Positions 40,949-51,290 of a stretch of 64,000 bases of DNA are shown here, one piece after another. The position numbers and the translations under genes were made by a program. Under the pieces are notes generated by a model. It had not been told where the DNA came from. It searched no databases and saw nothing but the letters and a program-made list of their open reading frames with translations. Within the stretch, counting starts at the first letter, position 1, and each line of letters begins with the position of its first letter. The stretch comes from Candidatus Multivoradales bacterium. GTDB lineage: Bacteria; Acidobacteriota; Thermoanaerobaculia; Multivoradales; JAHEKO01. The DNA lies in contig CBDCXM010000009.1 in NCBI GenBank assembly GCA_965223855.1, positions 1,248,001 to 1,312,000 on the forward strand, written 5' to 3'.

Positions 40949-43021
40949 ATGCAAGCCCTTCGATCCTGCACCGGCGCCTGCCTGCTCGTGCTGCCGCTCG
41001 CCGGGTGCGGTGGCGAGCCGGCCGTGGTCGAGCTGCCGGGCGAGCCGGCGCCGCTCGTGCCGCGCGAGCTCTTCTGGCCCGCCGAGCGATGGTCGGATCT
41101 GCGGCTGAGCCCGGACGGCGAGACGCTGGCGATGCTCGTCGAGAGCGAGGCGCCGGTGGAGCTTCGATGGCTCGATCTGGAGGGCGGTGAGGAGCCGCAG
41201 ACGGTCGAGCTGCCCGGCGCGGGAGAGATCGAGCTCGAAACCTGGTCCGGCGACGCCCTGGTGGTCGCCCGGCGCAACCCGGACGGGGAGCGACGGCTCT
41301 ACGCCGTGAGCTCGCCTTCCCTGGTGCGACCCCTGACACCAGCAGGCGCGCCGGCGCGCCTGCTGGGCGTGGGGGCCGACGGCGCGGCGGTCGTCGGCAT
41401 CGGCGAGCCCGGCGAGGGGTGGCTCGACCCGCATCGGGTCGATCCCGCGAGCGGCGATCGCGACCATCTGCTCGACAACGAGCGCTTCGTCGATTTCGGC
41501 ATCGATCGGGACGGTGATCTGCGTCTCGCCATCGAGGCGACCCGCGCCGGCCGGCCGCGGATGCTGCAGCGCAGCGAAGAGGGCGGCTGGGCGGATCTCA
41601 CGCTGGAGGCGGCCGAGCAGGTGGACGCGGTGACTCTGATCGATCTGGGCGGTCACGGCGAGATCGCTCGCCTGTGGCTGCGGCGCGAGGGCGGCGGCGG
41701 CGCGATCGTGGCGTGGCGCCTGACGTCGGGCGAGACCGACGTGCTCTTCGACGGCGGGGCGGCGGCGATCGCAGGGTGGACCGTCGATCCGGTGGGCGGT
41801 CGCCTGCAGGCGGTGGCGACCGAGGATCCGGCAGCCGGGATCGGCGCCCTGCGGTGGCACCTGCTCGATCCCGCCGTCGCCGAGCCGCTGCGGCAGTTGA
41901 CCGCCAGCCGGTTGACCGCCAGCCCACTGCCCGCCGGCCAGTTGCCCGCCAGCCCGTTGACCGACAGCGCCGCAGCGACCATCGAGCAGCTCGAGCGCAG
42001 CGCCGACGACGAAATCTGGGTCGCCTCTGTGCGCCAGGCCGGCAAGCGCTCCCTCGTGCGCCTCGACCGCCCGACCGGCGAGCGGACGGTGCTCCTCGAG
42101 GCCGTCGTCGCCGACGGGGCACCGAGGCTCCATCGGGCGACACTCGACGGCGAAGGCGCGAGCCTGCGTCTCGACTGGAGCCTGCCGCCGGAGATGGACC
42201 CCAACGGCGACGGGCGACCGGCGAAGCCTCTGCCTGCAGTGGTCCTGCTTGCGTCGGGGCCGTGGCCGGCCGACGACCTCGACTTCGCTACCCTCACGCC
42301 CTGGCTCGTCAACCGCGGTTACGCGGTCGTCCGCCTGACACTGCCGGCGAGCGGCGGCGTCGGCGAGCGCGCCGCTTCGCCTACCGCCGCTCTGGCAGCC
42401 GCGGCCCGGTGGGCGGTCGATCAGGGGGTCGCCGACGAAGAGCGAGTGGCCGCTCTCGGTGGGGGCTACGGCGGCTATCCGGTGCTGGCGGCCTTGGGGG
42501 CCGAGCCGCGCCTGCTCGCGTGCGCCGCCACGGCTGGCGCACCGCCGGACCTCTCCGCCTGGGTCGCCGAGCTGCCACGCGACGAGGGGGCGGCGCTCGA
42601 ACGGCTGCGCGGGGAGCTCGGAGACCCCGACACCCGCGACGGCCGCGAGCGGCTAGAGAAGCTCTCACCCCTCGCCACGGCGGCGGCGGTCGAGCGGCCG
42701 GTGCTGGTCGTGAGAGGCGAAGACGACCGGCGCGCCGGTGGCGCCCCGACCCGCCGCTGGGCGGAAGCGGCGACCTCCGCCGGCGCCCCCGTGAGCTATG
42801 CGGTCGTGCCGGGAGAGGCGTCCGGCTGGCAACGCACCGAATCCCACGTCGCCTTCGCGGCGCTCGTCGAGACCTTCCTCGGCGACTGCCTCGGCGGCCG
42901 CGTCGAGCCGCTCGCGACCGACACCCTGGCGGCGGTCGACATCGAGATCGGCCGCGAGCACCTGGCGTCGCTCCCCACCGGCGGGGCGGTCACGGCAGGA
43001 GCAAGTCGAGGGTCGTCGTAG
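40949..43021 (+). CDS. S9 prolyl-oligopeptidase-fold lipoprotein lacking the catalytic Ser and His
   Basis: LAG-C lipobox; beta-propeller plus alpha/beta hydrolase; SGPW, LVNRGYAVV, GGGYGGY (expected GGSYGGY), GEDDRR, GEASGW (expected DEGHGF). Confidence 0.8.
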   Translation: MQALRSCTGACLLVLPLAGCGGEPAVVELPGEPAPLVPRELFWPAERWSDLRLSPDGETLAMLVESEAPVELRWLDLEGGEEPQTVELPGAGEIELETWSGDALVVARRNPDGERRLYAVSSPSLVRPLTPAGAPARLLGVGADGAAVVGIGEPGEGWLDPHRVDPASGDRDHLLDNERFVDFGIDRDGDLRLAIEATRAGRPRMLQRSEEGGWADLTLEAAEQVDAVTLIDLGGHGEIARLWLRREGGGGAIVAWRLTSGETDVLFDGGAAAIAGWTVDPVGGRLQAVATEDPAAGIGALRWHLLDPAVAEPLRQLTASRLTASPLPAGQLPASPLTDSAAATIEQLERSADDEIWVASVRQAGKRSLVRLDRPTGERTVLLEAVVADGAPRLHRATLDGEGASLRLDWSLPPEMDPNGDGRPAKPLPAVVLLASGPWPADDLDFATLTPWLVNRGYAVVRLTLPASGGVGERAASPTAALAAAARWAVDQGVADEERVAALGGGYGGYPVLAALGAEPRLLACAATAGAPPDLSAWVAELPRDEGAALERLRGELGDPDTRDGRERLEKLSPLATAAAVERPVLVVRGEDDRRAGGAPTRRWAEAATSAGAPVSYAVVPGEASGWQRTESHVAFAALVETFLGDCLGGRVEPLATDTLAAVDIEIGREHLASLPTGGAVTAGASRGSS
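41894..41968 (+). repeat. in-frame 15-bp tandem repeat, 5 copies
   Basis: cagttgaccgccagc and variants encoding QLTAS-RLTAS-PLPAG-QLPAS-PLTDS. Confidence 0.85.
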
Positions 43022-43829
43022 CAAAGAGCCAGCAGGCGAGGAGCCCGTTGGCGAGGAAGAAGGCGGCGTTGAGCCGCGACAGGTCTCCCGGCCGCACGAT
43101 CCAGTGCTGGTACGTGAGCAGCAGCGCGCAACCGGCGACGCCGATCCAGTAGAGCGCGCCGAGCTCGAGCGGGTAGGTGCGCGGCAGGAGCACCAGGCAG
43201 CCGAGCATCGCCAGATGAAGCAGGGCGGAGACGACCAGCGCCCCCGTCTCGCCGAGCGCCGCCGGGATCGAGTGGAGCCCCCGCTCGCTGTCGAACTCCC
43301 TGTCCTGGAGCGCGTAGAGAATGTCGAAGCCGGCCACCCACAGGAGCACCGCCGCCCCCAGCAGCAACGGCGTCGCCTCCACCGACCCTCGCACCGCGAT
43401 CCACGCTCCGATCGGCGCCCCGGCGAGCGCCAGCCCGAGCACCAGATGGGCGAGCGAGGTGAAGCGCTTGGTGTACGAGTAGCCCAGCAGCACCACGATC
43501 GCCACCGGCGCGAGCTTCAACGCCAGCGGGTTGAGCCGCCACGCGGCCACCAGCAGCACGGCGAGGCTCACGACGACGAAGACGGCGACGAACGCCGGCG
43601 AGACCTCCCCGGCCGGCAGCGCCCGGTCGGCGGTGCGCGGGTTCTCGGCGTCGATCCGCCGATCCGCCAGCCGGTTGAACGCCATCGCCGCACTGCGCGC
43701 CCCCACCATCGCCACGACGATCCAGCCGACGGTGCTCCAGGCCGGCCACCCCTCCGCGGCGAGGATCATGCCGAGAAAGGCGAACGGCAGGGCGAAGAGG
43801 GTGTGCTCGAACTTGATCATTTCGAGCAC
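42990..43829 (-). CDS. mqnP: UbiA-family prenyltransferase of the futalosine menaquinone pathway; native 5' end displaced to 54337 by island insertion
   Basis: LEMIKFEHTLFALPFA, ARSAAMAFNRLADRRIDAENPRTADR, YSYTKRFT, WVAGFDILYALQD. Current start uncertain (GTG 43829, ATG 43820 or ATG 43886). Confidence 0.88.
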   Translation of the reverse strand: MLEMIKFEHTLFALPFAFLGMILAAEGWPAWSTVGWIVVAMVGARSAAMAFNRLADRRIDAENPRTADRALPAGEVSPAFVAVFVVVSLAVLLVAAWRLNPLALKLAPVAIVVLLGYSYTKRFTSLAHLVLGLALAGAPIGAWIAVRGSVEATPLLLGAAVLLWVAGFDILYALQDREFDSERGLHSIPAALGETGALVVSALLHLAMLGCLVLLPRTYPLELGALYWIGVAGCALLLTYQHWIVRPGDLSRLNAAFFLANGLLACWLFATTTLDLLLP

Positions 43830-43841
43830 GGTGCTGAGCTG
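43804..43841 (+). repeat. left attachment site (direct repeat with 54285-54322)
   Basis: tgctcga[a/t]cttgatcatttcgagcacggtgc[t/g]gagctg: 36/38 identical with a 23-bp perfect core; contains GTGCTCGAA-N9-TTCGAGCAC inverted arms. Confidence 0.92.
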
Positions 43842-43946
43842 ACTCCTGTGTTCCTCTGGTTTCAAGGCGATAAGTCCATTTATCATAGCTGATTACGATC
43901 GACACGGAGTTGGTTCTGGTGCGCCGTGGTACGCTCCTCCTGGAAG

Positions 43947-43972
43947 CTCTAAGGTCACTCTAAGGTCACTCT
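43947..43972 (+). repeat. putative integrase arm-type sites (ctctaaggtca x2.4); similar copy at 54215-54231
   Basis: ctctaaggtcactctaaggtcactct vs tcactctgaggtcactc near the right att. Confidence 0.7.
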
Positions 43973-43988
43973 GGAGAGGTGCAAGACC

Positions 43989-45266
43989 GTGTCTGGGAGA
44001 ACGACGGGCAAGCGGGTTGGACGCCGGACCGCCATTAGGCTGACGACGCGAAATGTCAAAGCGGCTGTGCATTCGGGTGCATCCTACGGTGAGTCAGCAG
44101 GGGGGGCAAAGCAGGAGATCCTCTGGGATACGGAGGTCCCCGGCTTGGGCCTTCGGCTGTACCCGTCTGGCCGGCGATCGTGGTGGCCTAAGGTATCGGG
44201 TGAATGGTCGCCGGCGCATCGTGACCCTTGGCCCTTTTGGTGTCCTCACTCTGACTGAGGCGCGTGATGACGCAAAGGCGCGACTGGTCGATCTGAGACA
44301 GACGCGGGAGGATCCGCTCGCTAAACCAGCTACAGTCCCGACTGTCAGCGAGGTCGGCATTCAGTACCTCGAGGATCGTAGAACCCGGGTTCAAGTCGTC
44401 TACCCTCGCGTCCTACCGGACCAAGCTCGCGATGCTCGACGAGAGGCTTGCCCGGTTACCGGTGGACTCCATCGAGGTCCGCGACGTGTCCCGAGCCTTC
44501 GCCTGAGTGGACAGAGGCCACGGGTCCTACTGCAGCGAATCAGGCACTGCGATTGCTCGGGGCACTCCTTGACTTCGCGGTGGAGAGGGGCCTCAGAGCG
44601 GCTTCGAGTCCGAACCCAGCCGCCTTGATTGAGAAGAACCCCGAACGACGACGAGGGAAAGAGCTCTCCCGGTCAGAGGATTGACAGGATAGGTCGCGAA
44701 CTTAGACCGGGAACTGGCCTTGCGACCGTCTGCATCCGACACAGTGACCGCGATTCGCCTCCTCATGCTCACTGGTGCCAGACGCCGAGAGATCACGAAC
44801 CTCAGATGGAGTGAAGTTGACCTAGCCAGCGGTTGTTTGAGGCTGGCCGACTCGAAGAGTGGGGCCAAGGTTGTTCCGCTCAGCACGCCCGCGATGAAGC
44901 TGCTTGCTGAGATTACTGAGCAGGACGGGGAGGGCAGGGTCTTCCCTTCGAGGCGCCATGAGGTGGGTTATGCGGTTCAGTACACCTGGAAGAGGGTCAG
45001 AGAGAGAGCCGGATGTGAGGGGGTCAGGCTTCACGACCTCAGGCATACCTTTGTGACGAGGGGGTTGGCAGCCAACTACAGCGAGACCCTAGTAGGCAAG
45101 ATCGTTGGCCACAGATCGGCCGCGTCGACGCGTCGGTACGAACACGTTCAGACGGAGCCGGTTGATCGAGGCTGCTGAGCGAATCGGATCAAGCTTGGCC
45201 GCAGATCTGTCGGGCCGAGAAGGGGCTGAAGTCGTACCGCTTAGGCCGGGGAGAGACGGGAAGTGA
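43989..45266 (+). pseudogene. P4-like tyrosine integrase with arm-binding domain, multiply frameshifted
   Basis: Fragments in different frames: WDTEVPGLGLRLYPSGRRSW / YRVNGRRRIVTLG..LTLTEAR / TAANQALRLL..NPA / LLMLTGARRRE..DSKSG..HDLRH..GH..TRRY. Confidence 0.88.
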
Positions 45267-45933
45267 GCGAGAAGCGGAAGGGGCGATCCCAAATCGAACA
45301 GATGTACCTAGCTGGCACGGTGAACTCGAAGGAGATTGTCCAGTACGCGAGACTCGGGGATGACGGAGCGGCTCTTACACTTGCTTGGCTGCTCCGGCGC
45401 GCGCTCATGCACGAATCGCACTACAGCTCGGCCAGTTTTGAGCCTGTTCGCCAGTTTTGGATAGAAGCCCTCTGACCCTGGCTATTCGACCGACGCACCC
45501 GTACCAGACACCGAATTCCCTCTACAAGGACCTCAACAAGGCAGTCGGGCTGACTCGGGGGCCGGGTCGGCGGCCGTACGGTAAAGAGGAGGTGGAGCGG
45601 GATCAACGGGTGACCGAGGCGGTCTTCGAGGAGTTGCTTAGGGGCAATGGGAGGAACAAGGCCTACAAGCTCGTAGCCGAGAGAGGTGAGTGCGCCGGGG
45701 ACGATGACACGGTGCGCAAGATCTTCACTCGCAGCTCCCGCTACGTGACAGAACTCGAGCTCAGGCTGACGTTGCGGGTTAGACAGACTGTGGACGCGGG
45801 TGAGGAACCGGCCCAAGCCTTCAAAGTAGCTGCGGAGTCTCTTGACGTCGATGCCGACGAGGTCGAGAAGATCGTGACACGGGCTTGGCGAGATGATCCA
45901 GGCATCGCCCCTCCGGGGTGGGGGCAAGAATAG
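45263..45933 (+). pseudogene. island hypothetical protein, interrupted near 45475
   Basis: ORFs 45263..45475 and 45457..45933 are adjacent and protein-like; GTG overlaps the integrase stop. Confidence 0.45.
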
Positions 45934-46038
45934 CGCCGAGTTTCTTCCCTTACCTGGCAGCAAGGCCCCTGCGAGTATCGAGGCACTCAAGCGAAGTTGA
46001 GCGAGCCGCTTCGCAGAACCTCGAAAGGAGTTGCCTTC

Positions 46039-46200
46039 ATGCCCGGTTCAGAGCTGCTTACAACCTGTGAGGCTGCTGATTGGCTCCGGCTGTCACCGCG
46101 AACACTCGAACGCTGGAGGGTGACCGGTGGAGGACCGCCCTATCGGAAAGTCGGATGGAGAGTCCTCTACCATGAGGCCGATCTCTCGCTTTGGCTTTGA
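46039..46200 (+). CDS. excisionase/HTH_17-type DNA-binding protein (possibly truncated)
   Basis: AAGGAG RBS; LLTTCEAADWLRLSPRTLERWRVTGGGPPYRKVGWRVLY. Confidence 0.85.
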   Translation: MPGSELLTTCEAADWLRLSPRTLERWRVTGGGPPYRKVGWRVLYHEADLSLWL

Positions 46201-46248
46201 CTCTAGTCAGCGGCGGTCAACCTCAGGCAGGTCGGGCTCGGAAAGAGC

Positions 46249-47609
46249 GTGAGCCATCCGACGGAAATGCTGGACAGTTCACGAGCAGCCGAATTCGAGG
46301 CTGCAGTGAGGGAGGCACTGGCCCGCAACGAGAGGGCGCTCCGTTCGAGGAGGTCGGGCCGGTTCCTGAGTCCATGCTTCAACTTCGCCCGCGCACTCAA
46401 GGCCTCACCCTCAGCTGATGGGCCTTTCTGGCCGTGATGCGGCCGTTCGAGTGGAGGAGGTCTTGGTTCTCATAGCCGGTGAGGAGTCGGACTGCTCTAT
46501 CTGGCAGACCGTCCTTCCGTGCAAGGACACCCTTGGTAGGGAGATTGATCCCTTCGATGACTTCGTGCATTCGTGGGAGGAGTGTGTCGATCCTGGATGT
46601 GGGCTCTTGGAGTCGGTGGTGGAGTCAGTGCGTCGACAGCCGCCAAGTAGGGGCCGATTCGGCGCCAGTTTCGAGCATCTTTCGATTCGAGAGGTTTCGC
46701 TTCTTCTTGGGCGTTGCCGAGGAACTCCAAGCGAGGAGGCCGGGTCTGACAATTCTCCTGCCCGTGGACAAGCTCGCAGAGCTTTTGGGCACCTCGCCGC
46801 CGCAAGTATCGCGCTGGCGAAGACAGGCGATGCGAGAGGGAGTCCTAATCGAACACAAGCCTGCCAGCCCGGGGCGAGCGACGGAGTTTCTGATGACTTC
46901 GCGTCCAAGAGCTCTGCGAGGTGTTCAACCAGATCGCCAAGACATCTATGACTGACACTACTGTCAGACCGTCATGAATGCCTGAAGGAAGGGCACTTGA
47001 CTACCTGTCCAGAAAACTTGCAGAGGTAATCACTTGACCCCGAGATGTCGTGCGCTGAACAAGAGGGGGAAGCCATGTGGCATGGCCCCCTTGACGGGAT
47101 CCGGAGTTCTGCTGGACTCATGCCCCTGAGCGCCGCGGGGAGCGAACGGCTGCGCGTCGCCTAGGAGGTGCTCGCCGAGCAACACGTCGGGGAAGCGAGA
47201 GCGACTGGCCGCTCGGATTGACATCTGTTGAGCAGATCTTGAGGCTTCTCGAGGTTGCTGCCGCAGACACGCTACTTCAGGAGAACAGCGCGAGACGAAG
47301 TCGTGCGCTCGTTGCTATTGCGCGAGCAGCGCTGACGGTAGTTGAAGCCAGCGACTTCGAGTGTCGACTTTCCCAGTTGGAAGAGCTGTGCCAGGTGACA
47401 CGGTGAGGGCCTCGCAGAGAGTCAGGCTTCACCGGCTAGAGGTGTCCGTGGCCCCTGCCCGGCAGTGTTGTCATGACGTTCTTGTCTACAAGAACCAAGT
47501 ACCTCCGAGAGGTGAGGCAGCTCTATGCCCGATGTGTGGTGGCAATCTAGTCGACTTGGCGCGTGTCTTCCTCCCCGACAACGGGCGGGGAGATCGATTT
47601 CCTGGCTAG
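46249..47609 (+). pseudogene. fragmented mobile-element genes
   Basis: Short protein-like pieces in alternating frames (HTH-like LPVDKLAELLGTSPPQVSRWRR; CRALNKRGKPC; CPMC). Confidence 0.4.
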
Positions 47610-47676
47610 GTGGCTGAGGCTGGCGTGTCAAAGTAAGGATCGTTGGTAGGAGAAACCGAGGACCAGGAGCCGGCAA

Positions 47677-49338
47677 GTGCTACTAGACCGCAGGAGTATC
47701 CAAGCTCTCAACGAAGACGACCTGAGGCAGAGAATCCTCATTCCTCTCTTTGTTGCGATGGGGTTCAAGGACGTGAATCACAATCATGGCGCCGCTGAGA
47801 TGGGGAAGGACATTCTCATGTGGAAGGCCGAAGTCGTCCGATCCCGAGTGAATCACGCTGTGGTCGTCAAGGCCGAGCCGATCAACAGCTCAAACAGAGA
47901 GGATGTGCAGTCTCAGATTGAGCAGTGCTTCGGCGTGCCTTTCGAGGACCCAGTGACCGGAGAGGAGAGAGAAGTCGACCGTGTGATTGTGGCTTCGTCG
48001 CGGAAGATCACACCAGCGGCAAGGAAGCAGATTCGAGGGCGACTAGGCTTGACGAACCTCAACGAGCGAGTCGATTTCATCGACGGGCACCTTCTGATGG
48101 AGAAGGTGTCCTCTTTCCTTACGAAGGAGGTGATCTGGGAGTCGATAATGCAGGCCTATAGGGCACTCAACGAGAGCTTCGAGGAGTACAGGTGGGGATT
48201 CCTCGCGAACCCTGATGGAAGTGTAACGGTCTTCATTGGCAATGAACCTGGAGAGCGGGTACTTGAAACTCCAATTGAGCTCTCCGTCGCGGCGCAGTTC
48301 CCTGCCACGGCTGAGGGGGCCAAGAAGCGCCTGGAAGCGTTGCGCCACTTCGAGGAAGGCACGGGTCTCGTGCTTGCCTCAGAGTTCATCACGGACTTCG
48401 AGGTCCCCGACTTCATAAAGACGCTGCAGGCGGATGGCAAGCTCCAAGAAATTCACATGGCGCCGAGCCCGCTTGACCCTCCGATGATTCGATCACTAGA
48501 GCTGAAGGGGAGTAAGGGCACTACCTTGGTTGTCGACTACGTTCACTTTACGCATGTCGCGGCTGGCACCAGGAAAGTCCGAATCACCAATCAAGGGCAG
48601 GTGCTTCCTTGGAGCGTCGAACTCCTTTTTGACAGAGAAACGCCAGATCAGGGCACATTCAGACTCAGCCTAGAGCGAGGCGAGGATCCAATAGATGCAA
48701 GAACTCAGTTTCACCGGCTTCTTCTCTCCGCGATCATGGCGGAGGGGGGACAGCTTGTCGTGCGCGACTGGGAGACGGATATCCCCCAGTTCCGGGTCGC
48801 GTTTTCGGCCAACGGTGAGGAACGCGTGCCCCAGAACGCTCTTGAGATGACGCAAGCGCTGGCTCTTCTTCAGGCTAGGACCGCGACTCTGTTTGAGATC
48901 GATGACGCTACCGAGTTCACCGGTGAGGACTTTGAGACCGCTTTGCGCGCTGCGCAGATTGTCTCGAGTGGGCACTTTGTGTTCACTCGCGGCGCCACGT
49001 TGGATCTGACCCTGGAGGCGCGGGCGGACTCCGAGGAGGGGATCCCTAAGGATGGGGACAATGAAGAGTTCTCGCGGCTCATAGAGGATGACCAAGTCGT
49101 CACTGTGCTGGGAAGGGACATCAGTCTAGGTCCAGCTGTGTTGCTCTATCGTGGCCCGGTTCAGCTGGTGGAAGCCCTGGATGAATGCAAGCCTCCAAAG
49201 GCTGGGAAGTATCGTGTGGTGGCCAGTGAGGCTACGCCTCTTGTCATGGCTTATCCCCATTGGCAAAGCCCCCTCGCAGAACCTCGACCTATTGAGGTGA
49301 CGGCGGCCGACGAGACCGCTGCTCGGGAGGAAGAATAG
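47677..49338 (+). CDS. N-terminal PD-(D/E)xK (Mrr-like) restriction endonuclease domain fused to an unknown C-terminal region
   Basis: EDDLRQRILIPLFVAMGF..HGAAEMGKDI..AVVVKA..QIEQCF..FIDG pattern. Confidence 0.7.
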   Translation: MLLDRRSIQALNEDDLRQRILIPLFVAMGFKDVNHNHGAAEMGKDILMWKAEVVRSRVNHAVVVKAEPINSSNREDVQSQIEQCFGVPFEDPVTGEEREVDRVIVASSRKITPAARKQIRGRLGLTNLNERVDFIDGHLLMEKVSSFLTKEVIWESIMQAYRALNESFEEYRWGFLANPDGSVTVFIGNEPGERVLETPIELSVAAQFPATAEGAKKRLEALRHFEEGTGLVLASEFITDFEVPDFIKTLQADGKLQEIHMAPSPLDPPMIRSLELKGSKGTTLVVDYVHFTHVAAGTRKVRITNQGQVLPWSVELLFDRETPDQGTFRLSLERGEDPIDARTQFHRLLLSAIMAEGGQLVVRDWETDIPQFRVAFSANGEERVPQNALEMTQALALLQARTATLFEIDDATEFTGEDFETALRAAQIVSSGHFVFTRGATLDLTLEARADSEEGIPKDGDNEEFSRLIEDDQVVTVLGRDISLGPAVLLYRGPVQLVEALDECKPPKAGKYRVVASEATPLVMAYPHWQSPLAEPRPIEVTAADETAAREEE

Positions 49339-49590
49339 GCCGTAGGGCTTGGGTAGTCTGTCTGGGGCCGGTTTCTAGCTAGGTGGTGTTGATGGGTCGC
49401 GGCAGACCTGGGGTGCCTCGGCCTTCTTGGGCTCCAGAAGGAGGAGGGCCGGCTCGTCGGCAGCATTCCAAGAGATCTGTTGATCATTGCCTATAGGATA
49501 GGGCGATGCTCAGGCTGTGGCGGTTGACGCGAGCTCCAAGTAGAGCCGCGCGGTGGCTCCTTGGAGTCCGCGTTGGGATTGGGGTGCCCG

Positions 49591-50730
49591 GTGGATAGAT
49601 CGTCGCGTCCGTCGATTCACGAGCTACCTCCGCTGGAGACGGGGGGCGAGCAGGCGCGCAAAGGGTTCTTCCTGCAAGACCACGTCGCGGCTGGCTTCTG
49701 TATCGACATGCTAGAGGACGACACGCTGGCTCAAGTCTGGTGCGAGAGCCAGGACGACGTAACGTTGATCTGGCAGCGGGGAGGCAAGCAAGAAGAAGTC
49801 GAGTTCGTTCAGGTCAAGAGCGACGAACCAGATCAGCTCTGGACAGTAGCGCGACTCTGTTCTGGGAAGTCAGGTTCTTCGGTGCTGGAGAAGTCGCTCC
49901 AATACGACCGGTGCAAGGAGCAGAGATCCTTCCGTTTGGTCACGTCGTGGCCGGTTTCCCGCGAACTCAGGCCGCTCGAGATGCCATTCGGCAGTCCGGG
50001 GCGGGTTGAAAGCGGCGAGGAGCTAGCCCAGATTGGCGCCAGCTGCGCGAAGAAGCTAACCGACTGTCTCTCCCCGAATGGTAACGACTGCCGCTACTGG
50101 GTGGAGCGCTGTCTGTGGCAAGTCGTTGGCAGAGCGGAGTTGGTCGAAGTACGCAACAAGCAGCGGCTTCGGGAGCTTCTCGAGAAGCGCGACATGATCC
50201 TGCTGAAGGACCAACTGAATAAGGTGTATCGGCAGATACTGCACAAGGTCCAGTTAGCTGCGCTTGCACCAGGCGACGTTGACCCGAGCAAGAAGAAGAT
50301 CCGGTCTGGTGAGTTCGAGACTTGGCTCTTTGCTCGGATTGCAGAGGCAACGGCCCCTCCAGATACAGGCGGAGTCGCCGTGAGAAGGAAGATGCAAGCT
50401 GCCGGTATTGCTGAGGACTTGATTCTCACAGCCGACGAACAGAGATTGGCCTATCGAGCCGCCACACTGTCTCCTGCGTACCACGATCTGACCGGTCGCG
50501 GGCTTGTTGAGAGGGAGACAACCGCCTTGTTGCACCGGCTTAGGGCTAGGCTGGATTCGGGCGCAATCGCTGATGGTGGCCCGCAGTTCCACGACCGCTG
50601 CCTTCAGGGGTTGGTAGGTCTTCGAGACTCGCTTCCTCTAGAGCCGAAGCCCAGTGCCTACGTTGTGGACGGGTTCATGTATTACACCACTGATCGGTGT
50701 CGGCACCGGTTTCTTCCCGAGCCTCTATGA
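49591..50730 (+). CDS. lmuA: Lamassu effector LmuA: Cap4/DUF4297-type nuclease plus ABC-3C C-terminal domain
   Basis: GGEQARKGFFLQD..CESQDDV..FVQVKS nuclease motif; C-terminal FHDRCL..GFMYYTTDRC; coupled to the next two genes. Confidence 0.82.
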   Translation: MDRSSRPSIHELPPLETGGEQARKGFFLQDHVAAGFCIDMLEDDTLAQVWCESQDDVTLIWQRGGKQEEVEFVQVKSDEPDQLWTVARLCSGKSGSSVLEKSLQYDRCKEQRSFRLVTSWPVSRELRPLEMPFGSPGRVESGEELAQIGASCAKKLTDCLSPNGNDCRYWVERCLWQVVGRAELVEVRNKQRLRELLEKRDMILLKDQLNKVYRQILHKVQLAALAPGDVDPSKKKIRSGEFETWLFARIAEATAPPDTGGVAVRRKMQAAGIAEDLILTADEQRLAYRAATLSPAYHDLTGRGLVERETTALLHRLRARLDSGAIADGGPQFHDRCLQGLVGLRDSLPLEPKPSAYVVDGFMYYTTDRCRHRFLPEPL

Positions 50731-51290
50731 GAACGCTTCGAGCCTTCGCTGGCCTGCCGTCGACCGCTCTGTTGTCAGCGGATGAGATCTTGGAGTTCCA
50801 TGCTGGGCGGCTGTTGCTACTCCTCAGGGTCGCTGGCACCGCGGGTCGAATCGATGGGCTTACCAAGATGGCGAAACTCGACTTCTTTGTTCGGTATCCA
50901 AGCTTCTTCCAACGAGTTGCCGCGTACAAAGGCTTGGAAGAAGTGCCGGTCTCCGGGAGGCAGGTCGAGTCGAGCATGATCCGTTTCCACTACGGGCCTT
51001 GGGACAAACGCTACTACCACGTGTTGGCCTATCTCGAGGCTCGAGCGCTTATTGAAGTTTCAGACGAGGGGAGCACTCATCGGCTCCAGCTCACAGAGGC
51101 CGGCAAAGCGTTGGCGAACCGGCTTAGAGGGTTGCCAGAGTTCGAGGGCTTGGTGGAGCACATGAAGGTGGTCAAGAGGCTTGTAGGCCGTCTGAAGGGA
51201 TCTACCCTGAAGAACCTGGTTTACGAGGTCTTCAAGAGCGAGGTGGCCCAGCGACGGTTCGGGGAAGTGATCATTGATGGCGAAAGCTAG
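50727..51290 (+). CDS. lmuC: Lamassu LmuC / ABC-3C middle component (wHTH-like)
   Basis: ATGA overlap; RLLLLL..GLTKMAKLDFFVRYP..MIRFHYGPWDKRYY..YLEARALI. Confidence 0.78.
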   Translation: MRTLRAFAGLPSTALLSADEILEFHAGRLLLLLRVAGTAGRIDGLTKMAKLDFFVRYPSFFQRVAAYKGLEEVPVSGRQVESSMIRFHYGPWDKRYYHVLAYLEARALIEVSDEGSTHRLQLTEAGKALANRLRGLPEFEGLVEHMKVVKRLVGRLKGSTLKNLVYEVFKSEVAQRRFGEVIIDGES

